From Octopus vulgaris (taxonomy: Eukaryota), in assembly GCA_951406725.2 (NCBI GenBank), contig OX597817.1, forward strand, positions 143,840,001 to 143,904,000: DNA of 64,000 nucleotides, written 5' to 3'. Shown here piece after piece: positions 14,973 to 28,164 of this stretch. A program made the translations under genes and the position numbers. How positions within the stretch are numbered: the stretch's first letter is position 1; each line of letters starts with the position of its first letter. The notes under the pieces were generated by a model. The model was not told the DNA's origin and did no database searches. It worked only from the letters and a program-made list of their open reading frames with translations.

Positions 14973-15532
14973 TACTGAACTAACAGAATATTAACTTTAA
15001 TTAATGGAGAATCAGCTAATTATAAATCAAGAGAATAACTTAATGAAAACCGTAGTTTAGCGAAGTTTTAGCCATCACAGGAGAGGTCACTACTTTGATA
15101 GAGAGGAGCTAGAAGGAAATTTAGCTTCTATTTCTAGCAAATCTTGTAACTGTGTAAAGGCTCTTTTAGTGCTTTGTGATATGAATGAGGATGATTCTGA
15201 TATGATACTAAGCAATAATATCATGGTTTATTGTATTTCAAATCCTCTGTCAGATACAACTAACAGCTATGAAACCATGGCTACCATGTTTCAAACCTTC
15301 CTGACGAAACTGGTATGGTAGGTGTCTCTGATATTTCGAGTGAACTTTGCTAAACTACAGTTTACAAGTTCTGTAATAATTAATCGAAGCACTTGTAGCT
15401 TGCTTACCAACCACATGATTCCGGGTTCAGTCCCACTGCGGGGCACCTTGGGCAAGTGTCTACTACTATAGCCTCAGGCCGACCAAAGCCTTGTGAGTGG
15501 ATTTGGTAGACGGAAACTGAAAGAAGCCCGTC

Positions 15533-15628
<96 letters not shown>

Positions 15629-16234
15629 TTGTGTGTCTGTGTTTGTCACCCAACATCGCTTGACAACCGATGCTGGTGTGTTTACGTACCCGTAACTTAG
15701 CGGTTAACCAAAGAGACCGATAGAATAAGTACTAGACCTACAAAGAATAAGTCCTGGGGTCGATTTGTTCGACTAAAGGTGGTGCTCCAGCATGGCCGCA
15801 GTCAAATGACTGAAACAAGTAAAAGAGTAAGTGAGTAATTAAGTAATGCCTAAACGTAGATATCTTCTGAATAATATAACACTGTAAATGTCTTTTTTTT
15901 TATATGAATAAGGTTGGTCGCTGTTCTTTTACACATGTTTTGCTTGGGTCAGATATCATATTGGTGCCTATTATCCGTCGGTACAAAGCTTGTTCTACCA
16001 CCACTAGTCTTGATGCAGAAGGTTGTTAAGTTTATTGGCATTGTTGGAATGGAAATGTTTTAAACTGTTCTTTTCTTGCGACATCACTCTGGTAAGCACC
16101 TTCGTTGATCGACCGGTTGTTGTCCTCCACCCCACACTTTACACTTCTTAGTTGTTGGTAATTTTCATTAAAAATTTTATTTGTTGATGATTTGTTGATT
16201 AATCAACATGTAATTGCTCGCTTGTTTATTTGGC

Positions 16235-16355
16235 TGCCTGATGAGTTGAGAGTCGCGCACCATATTACGTAAAGTTGTGGATGATGTTCACCACACTGCA
16301 TACCTAACTGTACCATGTTTACGTCACAATAAAGACTCTTGGAACAATTGTAGCA
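16235..16355 (+). ncRNA. Degenerate hammerhead ribozyme
   Basis: TGC CTGATGA ... long stem II (AGAGTC/GACTCT, ACGTAAA/TTTACGT) ... GGAAC aatt GTA GCA. GAAA is mutated to GGAA; stem I is only 3 bp. Confidence 0.5.
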
Positions 16356-16774
16356 ATATCAAATAACCCATTGGTTTGCTTTTATCATTTATAATGCTTC
16401 CCACAAAAAGAGATGATTAATGATGGAAGCAGGGCTCCGAAGAGAACAATGTGAAAATAAACAGACAACACAAGTCATAAACAAAGCAAAAATGTGACGT
16501 ATAAACATGTATAAACAAAATTTTAGAACTTGTTCAAACAACTAAACGTCAAAATGTTTGTCTAGCACAACGTTTCTCAACCGTAATACTTGGGGTTCCG
16601 CAAGAGGTTCCTAGGGGTTCTGTAGACGGTTCTTAGGGGTTCGGTAAAAGGTTCCTAGAGGTTCCGCGAGAAAGAGTGAGATAAGTTAATTTCATGATCG
16701 TAATATTACTATACATGCACATTATATATGCATATACATTATATATATATATATATATATAATCACACACACAG

Positions 16775-16836
<62 letters not shown>

Positions 16837-17088
16837 CAATTGAGGGTAAAATTAATTAATTAATTATTAATCAATTTCACCAAGTGTTCAGTATGTAAAG
16901 GGACCATTTAAGGCGAATTCAAATTATTACATTATATAAAAGGGCTTAGTAAAATAAATTACTTTGCCACATACTGAACTCATTAGAAATAGCAGCTAAA
17001 AAAAACTTTTTTAAAACTATTTCTAATACTTAAAGAAAATCTCTCTCATATAGTGCTTGCTCAATTCAACTCACGAAATTTACCCCCA

Positions 17089-17568
<480 letters not shown>

Positions 17569-17713
17569 ATATATATATATATATATAATCAAAATAAGCG
17601 TTGCTTATTTTGATTATAATCACCCCATTTTGAATTTTATGGATAATATCATACTAAATTCTGGTGCCTTTAACTTAAGTACCATATTCAACTGAATCTA
17701 AATTTTTACTGAA

Positions 17714-17786
<73 letters not shown>

Positions 17787-17925
17787 CAGCAAAACAATTA
17801 AGATTCAAATGAATTCAAATGAATATAGAACTTAACTTAGATGCACCAGAATTCTTTATGGTATTAACCATAAAAATATATGGGGTGATTATAACCAAGA
17901 AAAAAGTAACAAGAATGGATCAGTA

Positions 17926-18015
17926 ATTCGGTACAATTGTTTCATACTGAGAACATTTTTATTTAAAGCTGGAAATATTACAGCAAATATAATGTCAAGT
18001 ATTCATCAACCAAAT
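17926..18015 (-). ncRNA. Hammerhead ribozyme, inverted copy with C3U core change
   Basis: Reverse-complement copy of 18071-18160, but the core reads TTGATGA. Confidence 0.65.
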
Positions 18016-18070
18016 CACATATATGTTTTCCAACCATCCTAGAAAGTGATGGTTGGAAAACATATATGCG

Positions 18071-18160
18071 ATTTGGCTGATGAATACTTGACATTATATT
18101 TGCTGTAATATTTGCAGCTTTAAATAAAATTGTTCTCAGTATGAAACAATTGTACCGAAT
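18071..18160 (+). ncRNA. Type I hammerhead ribozyme (minimal stem III, long stem II)
   Basis: Stem I ATTTGG/CCGAAT; core CTGATGA (18077-83); stem II closed by ATACT/AGTAT; GAAAC aatt GTA with palindromic ACAATTGT; predicted cleavage after A18154. Confidence 0.85.
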
Positions 18161-18661
18161 TACTGATCCATTCTTGTTACTTTTTTCTTGGTTACATATA
18201 TATATAATTACATGCACACACACATATAATTATATATATATATATAGGTATGATATTTACCACGTGAACTACGATGAAAATAATATGTGAAAGATATGGT
18301 ATATAATATTTTTTGTGCAGGGGTTACTTGAAACATGTAATTTAGTTTAAGGGGTTATGCAAGTGTAAGACGGTTGAGAAACTCTGGTCTAGCATAACAA
18401 CGGAAGAGTTACACTCTGCCTTCAGAGTTCATATCCTGAGCCACGAGACAGAAAATCTAGAGTAATTGGTTATTTTTTTTCATGGTTCGATGTTTCAAAT
18501 GATCGATAAAGAACCCAAATGAGAAATGAAAGAGATTTTGATTAAATAGGAGAAGCTAGAACATAATCAGGTCTATAATACAACACACATGTACTTATAT
18601 GTGTGTGTATGTGATGTGTGTGTGTGAGCGCGCGCATGTGAGTGTTCTCGTAGATTTAGAT

Positions 18662-18963
18662 CATAGGTTCTCAAAGTGGGTGCTACCGCCCCCCGTTGGG
18701 CGTTGAGAGGGTCCAGGAAGGGGTGGTAGAGAAAAAGGAGGCATTGGATGGAAGGCAGTCGAGTGGGGGACGTTATGAATTTATTATAATATTATTATAG
18801 TATTGTATACAAATTATATAATATTATATTAAATATCAAATGGTTCATAGTATATATAAATTAGTAAAATATAAAATATTTATTTATACATAAAAATAGG
18901 TTGGGGCGCTGAGGGTATTATGTGGCCATGAGGAGGGGGCCCCCAAAAGTTTGAGAACCTCTG
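18662..18963. mobile_element. hAT-type MITE
   Basis: TIRs cataggttctcaaa / tttgagaacctctg; 8-bp TSD ATTTAGAT. Confidence 0.85.
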
Positions 18964-19233
18964 ATTTAGATAAATTCGTATGTTATATTTCCTTGAGTAG
19001 TAACATTTCGAGCAAAAGCTCTCTTTCAGAAAGAAACATTTCATTATTTAGGATAGCATTGAATACATTTAATTTTTTTTCCGAAGAAGGCTCGAAACTC
19101 TAGCATTTATATTTTCCCCTAACAGACGGTCATCTAAATTTACGAATTGTATTAAATATTTTTTCCAATGAAAATTTCTCTCGCCCACACGATCTCTCTC
19201 TGTCTGTCTGTCTGTCTGTCTGTCGTCTGTCTC

Positions 19234-19324
<91 letters not shown>

Positions 19325-19852
19325 GTATGTGTGAACACGCACACACACGCACACACACACACACACAAACATGCATACATACATATCTTCTCACAAATAT
19401 GCATGCAAAGATATATATGTTGTTTGTTCCTTCTCGAGTCATGCCTGGCTCATAAGGGCCGGTTTCCCGGTTTCATTGGCGTATAGGTTCCCCACCTGGA
19501 CGGGACGCCGATCCGTCGCAGGTGAGCTGCAAGGTGCAGGAGGAAAGAGTGAGAGAAAGTTGTGGCGAAAGAGTCAGCAGAGGTTCGCCATTACCTTCTG
19601 CCGGAGCCGCATGGAGCTTAGGTGTTTTGCTCATAAACACACATCGACGGATGCTCTAACCACTAGGCCACGTGCCTCCACTAAAGATATATATATACAT
19701 ATATAGTCAGTTTACCGTCGGTTTCGAAGATGAGGATTCGATTGTTCGAGCGACCGAATTGTCCCTGAATTAACATGTAAGCAGCTGAGTATTCCTCAGA
19801 CGTGTATACCCTTGATGCAATTATCGGGTAGAATCAGTATGGCACAGTGGCA

Positions 19853-19905
<53 letters not shown>

Positions 19906-22900
19906 AATGTAAATACTTGGACTTTGGGTATACGTTTATTAGTATGTCGATCAAAGCACCTTCACCGTTTGGGCTACCTGATGTCATCCACAGTTACGAC
20001 ATAATTGTGTGCGAGACAAGGTTCTACCTTTGGATCACACGCATACTTCATTCAACAGGCTTCTACACAGTTTCCACCAATCAACTTACACTCAAAGAAT
20101 ACAGGTAGATCCAAAGATCCGCAATCTTGAGCAAGTATCATTTTTACAGCCTCGGGTCGGCCTTGGTTTCCGTAGTTACGACTTGAACCTATTAACCATT
20201 CGTCCATACTGTGGTACTGTTATTGTTGTTGCGTGTCTCCTTTCAGCCCTGATGGAGCAAAATCTATGGCTGTGGGGTTATCGGAGGACAGAATGATACC
20301 CGCTGCTCCTTTTTCCCAGACGCACATACGCCTCCATCTCGTTGACGACTTTACTGCAGTCTGACACGAAGTAATTTGTCGTTTGGAATGAAGGTGCGTG
20401 GCTTAATGGTTAGGGTGTTTGGCCCATGATCGTAAAGTCATGTGTTCGATTCCCGGCAGCATTGTGTCCTTCGGCAAGATACTTTATTTCACGTTGTTCC
20501 AGTCGACTCAGCTGCCAAAACTGAGTTGTATTTGCAATTCAGGCGGTCAGTCTTGTTACATTCTTATTTCTTTACTGCCCACAAGGGGCTAAACACAGAG
20601 GGGACAAACAAATACAAACAAACAGATTAAGTCGATAATATCGACCCCAGTGCGTAACTGGTACTTAATTTATCGACCCCGAAAGGATGAAAGGCAAAGT
20701 CGACCTCGGCGGAATTTGAACTCAGAACGTAACAGCATACGAAATACCTATTTCTTTACTACCCACAAAGGGCTAAACATAGAGAGGACAAACAAGGACA
20801 GACAAACGGATTAAGTCGATTATATTGACCCCAGTGTGTAACTGGTACTTATTTAATCGACCCCGAAAGGATGAAAGGCAAAGTCGACCTCGGCGGAATT
20901 TGAACTCAGAACGTAGCGGCAGACGAAATACCGCTGAGCATTTCGCCCGGCGTGCTAACGATTCTGCCAGCTCGCCGCCTTACATTCTTGTTACATTGTG
21001 TGTCATGTTGAATCCCCCTAAAAACTATACTAAGAGCATGCATGTCTATGGAGTACACAGCTACTCGCACGTTAATTTCACGAGCAGGCTGTTTCGTTGA
21101 TCAGATCAACTGGAACCCTCGTCGAAACCGACGGAGTGCCAATTAGTTAGTTAGTGACAATATAAAAGTCTAGGCATGTTGCGCTGTTTTCACTATCCAG
21201 TTTATGAATTCTGGCGGTGACCACAGCAGATATTTACGAGGTGGACTTGGCCAACAACAGTTGTTCTGTTTCACTCATCGTTAGACGTAGGGGCGTATTG
21301 AGGTTATAGACACTCCTAATATTTTGTGTGTGCCTGTATCTGTTTATGTGATTCTTTTAACAATTTAATAATCGAGCAATGTCACGCTTTAAATAATTTG
21401 AAACTTTAAACAATGCTTTAATTTAAATAGTATTCTACTTCAAATGCCATTATTTAAACAATGTGATACTTTAAACAATGAAAGACATTAAACAATGAAA
21501 GACGTTAAACAATGAAATATCATAAACAATTTGATGTTCTAAGCAATGTAAATCTGATATTTAAAGAATTGAAAATGCCAAATAACTATTTCTAAAGCCT
21601 GCATAGCTATCTTAGTGTACAATATTTGCTCTAATCAAGGCAGCGAACTGGCAAAAGCGTTAGCACGCCGGGCGAAATGTGGTATTTCGTCCGCCGCTGC
21701 GTTCTGAGTTCAAATTCCACCGCGGTCGACTTTGCCTTTCATCCTTTCGGGGTCGATAAATTAAGTACCAGTTACGCACTGGAGTCGATGTAATCGACAT
21801 AATCCGCTTGTTTGTCCTTGTTTGTCCCCTCTATGTTTAGCCCCTTGTGGGTAATAAAGAAATAGGTATTTCGTCTGTCTTTACGTTCTGAGTTCAAATT
21901 CCGCTGTGATCGATTTTGCCTTTCATCCTTTTGGGGTTGATAAATTAAGTACCAGTTGCATACTGAGATAGATCTAATCGACTGGGCCTGCTCCCCCAAA
22001 ATTTTCGGGCCTTGTGCCGAGAGTAGAAAAGAATATTTACTTTAATCAAGGCGGACAAAATGTTTAACGGCATTTCGTCCGTATTTACGTTCTGAGTTCA
22101 AATTCCACCGATGTTGACTTGGCCTTTCATTCTTTCGAGATCAATAAAATAAGTACCAGTCGAGCACTGGGGTCGACGTAATCGACTTACTCCATCCCAA
22201 GATTGCTGGCATTGTGCCAAAATTTGAAACCAACATTTATTCTAATCAGTGATGCAATATATTTTGCAGTCATTCATCAAGTTTCGTAAACAGCGAGACT
22301 GATTCAATGCCAAAAGGCTTTATCGTTGTCACGGTCTACGATTGCGAATATTTACGGTCGGATGAGATTCCTCCGAAGGATTTCTAGCGTAACGTTACCA
22401 AGAATCATATTTATCCAATACAGGAAACAGCTCAGTCTTTACGGCAGTGTGATGGCTTATATGTCTTAATGACCCTGCGAGTTGTTCCAGTACGACGCTA
22501 GCTTCTTGTCGGTTCTCCCATACTGGACAGGTCAAAAGATAGAGGCCAGACTAAAAAATAATAGAAATTTCCATAAAAGGATCTTAAATCCTTCACACTA
22601 ATCTGTCATCTTAATATAAAGTAAAAGTTAAATTCAATCTTACTACACCTACAGAAAAAAAAAATATAGAAATTACTCTTAATGTCAACACTTCAAAACC
22701 TAATAAAATATTCATATGGACGACCTCTTCCCAGAAGTTAAAACGGGTTTGCAAAGGACCGACAAACCTACCTAGAAAAGCATGAAGTTACAGAAGTATC
22801 GTTGACAATTTAAAACCAAACAAGGAGTAGTGATGTCAGAATGTGACAACTTAAAATTCTACAATTGCATACGAGAAAGAGGGCTCACCATCTTGTATGC

Positions 22901-23049
22901 AAAACGGCAAGAAAAATAAGAACTTGTGAGACGTTCATAATAAGTCATAACATATTTATTACTGGATGTAATGTGTTAACATATAAGGACAGCTGAAGGA
23001 AAAAGCGTGTAACATATTACATGAACATACTTTGCAACCACATGTCTCA

Positions 23050-23590
23050 AAGCAAATGAAGCGAATATGCGCGCGTGCGGCTGTGTGTGTGCGAGTGGCG
23101 TGGCTCAATGCGTACGCCTACGAACCGACAGACAAAAGGAGCGCGAAATTAGAATCGTGTTTGCTTTATATAAGGGATGAACAGAAGTCCCTGACTTCTA
23201 CGTCATCCGGGAGTTAACTGAAAGCTTCTAGAATATCCGAGAAGGTCGAGGGAGATGACTCTCGTTAGATCCCTTTTTCGTTTTGCTTTCTCGCTTGACC
23301 ACCAGGGGTCACTACAAATGCGTGGCAGAGGAAGGCCTTCCCTCGTGCAGCAGAATCTGAAAGGACATCTTGAATTACACGTCAGGCTCCGGTGTTGAAC
23401 ACGCAACAGAAACAGAAAAGAGGACCCCCTAAAAGTAGTTGGAGGCAGGAATTCTGAGGTAAACCTGAAAGGATGGAAAAATGTAGGGAACTAACTGGAA
23501 AGAAACAGAAAAGACAGCCCAGGGTCAAGAAAGGTTAAGAAGAACCGTGGATGGTCTCTGCTCCAGAGGAAGCGAAGGGCTTAGGTATGT
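23050..23590 (+). promoter_or_regulatory. Candidate CpG-rich promoter with TATA box and first exon
   Basis: CpG cluster 23060-23160, TATATAAG 23167-23174, ~390 nt of unique sequence ending at donor-like AG|GTATGT (23584/23585). Confidence 0.4.
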
Positions 23591-24439
23591 TATATTGTTT
23601 TCAAATTTTGGCACAAGGCCAGCAGTTTCGTTGGAGAGAGTAAGTCAATTACATCGACCCCAGTAATCTACTGGTACTTATCGAACCCAAAAGGATGACA
23701 AGCAAAATCAACCTCGGCAGAATTTGCACTCAGAACGCAAAGACGGACGAAATGCCACCAAGCATTTTCCCTTCATGTTAAAGCTTCTGCCGGCTCACCT
23801 GCCTTGTTTAAATAAGTAATATTACCCAATATAAAAGGCGGCTTGCTGGTAGAATCGATAGCATGCCGGACAAAATGATTAGCGGCGTTTCGTCCGTCTT
23901 CGCGTTCTGAGTTCAAATTCCGCCTAGTTTGACTTTGACTTTCATCCTTTTCGTATCGAAAGACTAAGTACTAGTTGAACACTGTAGTATCTGTAATCGA
24001 CTTACCACCTCCCCCGAAATTATTTATCCTTGTGCCAAAGTGTTATTACACTATACATTCTCTTTCAAGACGGTTGGGCCTGATTTGAGAGAGATTTAGT
24101 TGCTATTTCTAACACGTTCCCCTGGCTGGTTTCGAAAAACCAATATTTATCCCTGGTAGAACAATGAGGAACCATTTCGATAAATAACAGAGTGAAAGTT
24201 CAGCATCACTTGTAATTAAACTTCCACCGTAAAAGTTGCTAGGAGAAACTTTACCATTGAAGACACTCTTGTCAATGAGATACACATTTATTCGAAGTTA
24301 TTTACATAATAATGAGTTCAAAAATATAATTTGATTTATATTTTTGTACTAAATCCTAAGAAAGTGAAAATTCAATCAACCTAATTTCGTTTATAATATC
24401 GTTGTGAATTTTAATTCCTATTTCATTTGTAATATATTT

Positions 24440-24855
24440 GGATCTTTTCGGTTTGAACGGCAGTTTTTTATACCGGTGTCATATGAAATTGTCACCCATA
24501 AGTATGACCCTAGTATCGATCTATTGTATTTCAATCAGTTTTAGGGTTAGGGTTAGGGGTGGGGGGTAGGGTATCTTTTTTCTTCACAAATGTAAATAAA
24601 ACCAATCTGTTTCTTAAACGAGGGACATATTCATACGGCACAGAATGTTTTCACCTCAATAGACGTCATTGATTGGTTGAAATTGCAGAAATTGAAGAAA
24701 AACAACAACAAATATCTTACAAACTATAGAATTTTCTCAATAAAGCCAAGAGAAAAAGATGTTTTATAAACACATTCTACCAGTATGCGAAGTTTAAAAG
24801 TGTTTAGTTTCGTGGAAATTATTTTAGAAAACTGCTGGTCAGACCGAAAAGATCC
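24440..24855. mobile_element. Non-autonomous TIR DNA element (superfamily uncertain) with internal (TTAGGG)3
   Basis: TIRs ggatcttttcggtttgaacggcagtttt / aaaactgctggtcagaccgaaaagatcc; ttagggttagggttaggg at 24541-24558. Confidence 0.75.
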
Positions 24856-25154
24856 GTTATTTACATAATAATGAGTTCAAAAATATAATTTGATTTATAT
24901 TTTTGCACTAAATCTTAAGCAAGACACTTCTACAAGTGAAAAAGCAATCAACCTAATTTTGTTTATAACATCGTTGTGAATTTTAATTCTTATTTCGTTT
25001 GTAATATATTTTCCGAATGACTATTAGAAGCACTTCAATTTTTCCCCTGTATTGATTTTTATTTATCGCAGCTCTCCTTTTGAATATTTTGTGGAGTGTA
25101 TTGTCTACTGTTTTTCCTTTGATACAGTATTATGATTATACACAACGTTTGTGA

Positions 25155-25570
25155 GGCGGTGAGCTGGCAGAATTTTTAGCATGCCGGGCGAAATGCGTAG
25201 CTGTATTTCGTCTGCCGTTACGTTCTGAGTTCAAATTCCGCCGAGGTCGACTTTGCCTTTCATCCTTTCAGGGGGGTCGATTAAATAAGTACCAGTTACG
25301 CTCTGGGGTCGATGTAATCGACTTAATCCGTTTGTCTGTCCTTGATTGTCCTCTCTGTGTTTAGCCCCTTGTGGGTAGTAAAGAAATAGGTATTTTGTCT
25401 GTCGTTACGTTCTGAGTTCAAATCCCGCCGAGGTCGACTTTGTCTTTCATCCTTTCGGGGTCGATAAATAAAGTACCAGTTTCGCACTGGGGTCGATGTA
25501 ATCGACTTAATCCCTTTGTCTGTCCTTGTTTGTCCCCTCTATGTTTAGCCCCTTGTGGGCAGTAAAGAAA
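25155..25570 (+). mobile_element. tRNA-derived SINE family B (often internally duplicated), representative copy
   Basis: ggcggtgagctggcaga..gagttcaaattcc..gcctttcatcctttcggggtcgataaa..agtaccag (MetaSINE-like domain, from memory). About 20 copies, e.g. 8290-8730(-), 20565-20980(-), 21639-22230, 23600-24040, 26105-26835(-), 30035-30630(-), 40140-40600(-), 43568-43782(-), 51915-52333(-), 54460-54692, 57528-57750(-). Confidence 0.85.
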
Positions 25571-25608
25571 TATATATACAACGTTTGTGATGTTGTGTTG
25601 ATGTGTGA

Positions 25609-25983
25609 AGGCGTAATGGCCCAGTGGTTAGGGCAGCAGACTCGCGGTCGTAGGATTGCAGTTTCGATTCCCAGACCGGACACTGTGAGTGTTTATTGAG
25701 CAAAAACATCTAAAGCTCCATGAGACTCCGGCAGAGGGTGGTAGCGAACCCTGCTGTACTCACACACCACAACTTTCTCTCGCTCTTTCTTCCTGTTTCT
25801 GTTGTGCCTGTATTTCAAAGGGGCCAGCTTGTCACACTCTGTGTCACGCTGAATCTCCCTGAGATCTATGTTAAGGGTACACGTGTCTGTGGAGTGCTCA
25901 GCCACTTGCACGTTAATTTCACGAGCAAGCTGTTCCGTTGATCGAATCAACTGGAACCCTCGTCGTTGTAACCGACGGAGTGC
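25609..25983 (+). mobile_element. tRNA-derived SINE family C, representative copy
   Basis: tRNA-like head ggcgtaatggcccagtggttaggg..gtttcgattccc and a shared 3' block (cacgttaatttcacgagca..ctggaaccctcgtcg). Copies at 20393-21140 and 54405-54965, both interrupted by family B, and 19715-19850(-). Confidence 0.75.
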
Positions 25984-28096
25984 TTTGGTGGGGTGGTTAG
26001 CACATCTCAAACGGTTTACAAAACACTTGATGTTCGAAACCCACATGCAATGTTACAACTTCTTTGTGTTTTCATCTCAGTTGTTATCATAGATATGTAA
26101 CAACTTCAAATTTTGGCACAAGGCTCGCACTTTTAGGGTGAACTGTGATTTAATTACATCGACCCCAGTACTCAACTGGTACTTATTTAATCAACCCCAA
26201 AAACATGAAGGGCAAAGTCGACCTCAGCAAAATTTGAACACAGAATGTAAAGACTAATGAAATGCTGCTAAGCATTTTGCCAGTGTGCTAACAATTCTGC
26301 CAGCTCGCTGCCTTCACTGCTTTAAATATTGGAACTATTGATTTCTAATTTTGGCACAAGGCCGAAATTTTGGGGAAGGGAACCAGTCGATTAGATTGAC
26401 CCTGGTATGCAACTGGTACTTAATTTATCGACCCCGGAAGGATAAAAGGCATAGTTGACCTCTGCGGAATTTGAACTCAGAATGTAAAGGTACACGAAAT
26501 ACCACTAAGCATTTCACCCGGCATGCTAATGTTTCTTATTTCTTTATTGCCCACAAGGGGCTAAACATAGAGGGGACAAACAAGGATAGACAAAGGGATT
26601 AAGCTGATTACATCCACACCAGTACGTAACTGGTACTTAATTTATCGACCCCAAGAAGGGACAAACAAGGACAGGCAAATGGATTAAGTCGATTACATCG
26701 ACCCCAGTGCGTAACTGGTACTTATTTAATCGACCCCGAAAAGATGAAAGGCAATTTGAACTCAGAATGTAGTAGCAGATGAGATACCGCTAAGCATTTC
26801 ACCCGGCGTGCTTACACTTCTGCCAGCTCACCACCTTCAATGCTTGAAATATTAAAATGTATTTATTTTAACTTGGACTTTGGAAGGTGGCAACTTGATA
26901 GAATTGTTAGCACATCGGACAAAATGCTTAGCGGCATTTCTTCTGGCTCTTTATGTTCTCAGTTCAAATTCTGCCGAGGTCAACTTTAACTTCCAGCCTT
27001 TGAGGGTCGATGAAATAAAGTACCAATCAAGTGCTAGGGTCATTGTATTCAACTTGTCATTCCTGTTTCGTGGAGTCCATTCTGTTGGAAGCATTCGAGC
27101 CAGGTTTTTGGTCTGAAGATATATTTCTTTTTCCTGTAAAATCTCTGAAGCTCTGCAAAAAGTAATAAGTTCTGTCCTTGATCTTCTAAATCACATCAAA
27201 AAATTTACACAAAATCAAGATGCTCTAAATTTCACAATTGTATATGATGCAGGAATGTGTCCAAATAACAGAACTCTTCATTTCATGTGACCGTAACAGC
27301 ATTTTTACGAATCTGACCGTCTTTTACTTTATCTGGATGTTTTAGAAAATCGTTCACTTTTGTCGGGTGCGGTGTTGAATTTTTTATCCTTGCCCCACAT
27401 CGTCCTACTGAATGAATTTAACTGTTATTTCTAGTATGTAAAGCAAGGACACAGAGGCTCTTTCTTAATGATAACTTTGCCGGGTGAAATGCTTAGCGGT
27501 ATCTCATCTGCCACTACATTCTGAGTTCAAATTCAGTCGAGGTCGACTTTGCCTTTCATCTTTTCGGGGTCGATTAAATAAGTACCAGTTACGCACTGGG
27601 GTTGATGTAATCGACTTAATCCGTTTGCCTGTCCTTGTTTGTCCCTTCTTGGGGTCGATAAATTAAGTACCAGTTACGTACTGGTGTGGATGTAATCGGC
27701 TTAATCCCTTTGTCTATCCTTGTGGAGAAGGGTTTTGTACCAACAGCCTCCAAGCACTGGTCAGTCGGTCCTATGAAACAAGTGAAAGCTTCTATGAAAT
27801 GCGCTGAACATGTTGTCAAATGAACGTGACTCTAAATGCTGGCCCTGGATTTTCTTTTTTGCTTTTTTTTTAAGCAGGACAGAACAGCGAACAGCCTTCT
27901 CTTTGATTCGTCCGTTAACTTAACGCAATCACATCAAAAATAAGAAATAAACAATACAATAACAACAGACAAGAAACACATAAACTCGTAAAAGGCTGTT
28001 CGAATGTCTGGAAAGAAGTCGCTACCTTACATATTCCAACCACCATTCCACGGACGCACTATCTCCTCACTCTGCCTTTTCTATTGCTACAACATG

Positions 28097-28164
28097 GAAG
28101 CTGTGGACGTGAGCCCAGGTGAAGCTGACTGTGGGTGCAGATCTCGGTGGTAGTAGCAAATATT
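28097..28164 (+). pseudogene. 28S rRNA fragment
   Basis: gggtgcagatctcggtggtagtagcaaatatt matches the conserved eukaryotic LSU motif GGTGCAGATCTTGGTGGTAGTAGCAAATATT; looser similarity extends ~35 nt upstream. Confidence 0.75.

Larger units (their letters stand above)
17785..18194. mobile_element. (AT)n-flanked foldback element with hammerheads (Penelope-like inverted pLTR architecture)
   Basis: About 147-bp near-perfect arms 17892-18038 / 18048-18194, 9-nt loop, unpaired tail 17785-17891 on one side only, (AT)n at both ends. Confidence 0.7.

Noticed and set aside
24541-24558. Telomeric TTAGGG repeats
   Set aside because: Only three units, internal to a TIR element; not a telomere or fusion site.
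25609-25680. tRNA-like sequence
   Set aside because: Head of a multi-copy SINE; no proper acceptor stem, and it continues into the SINE body.
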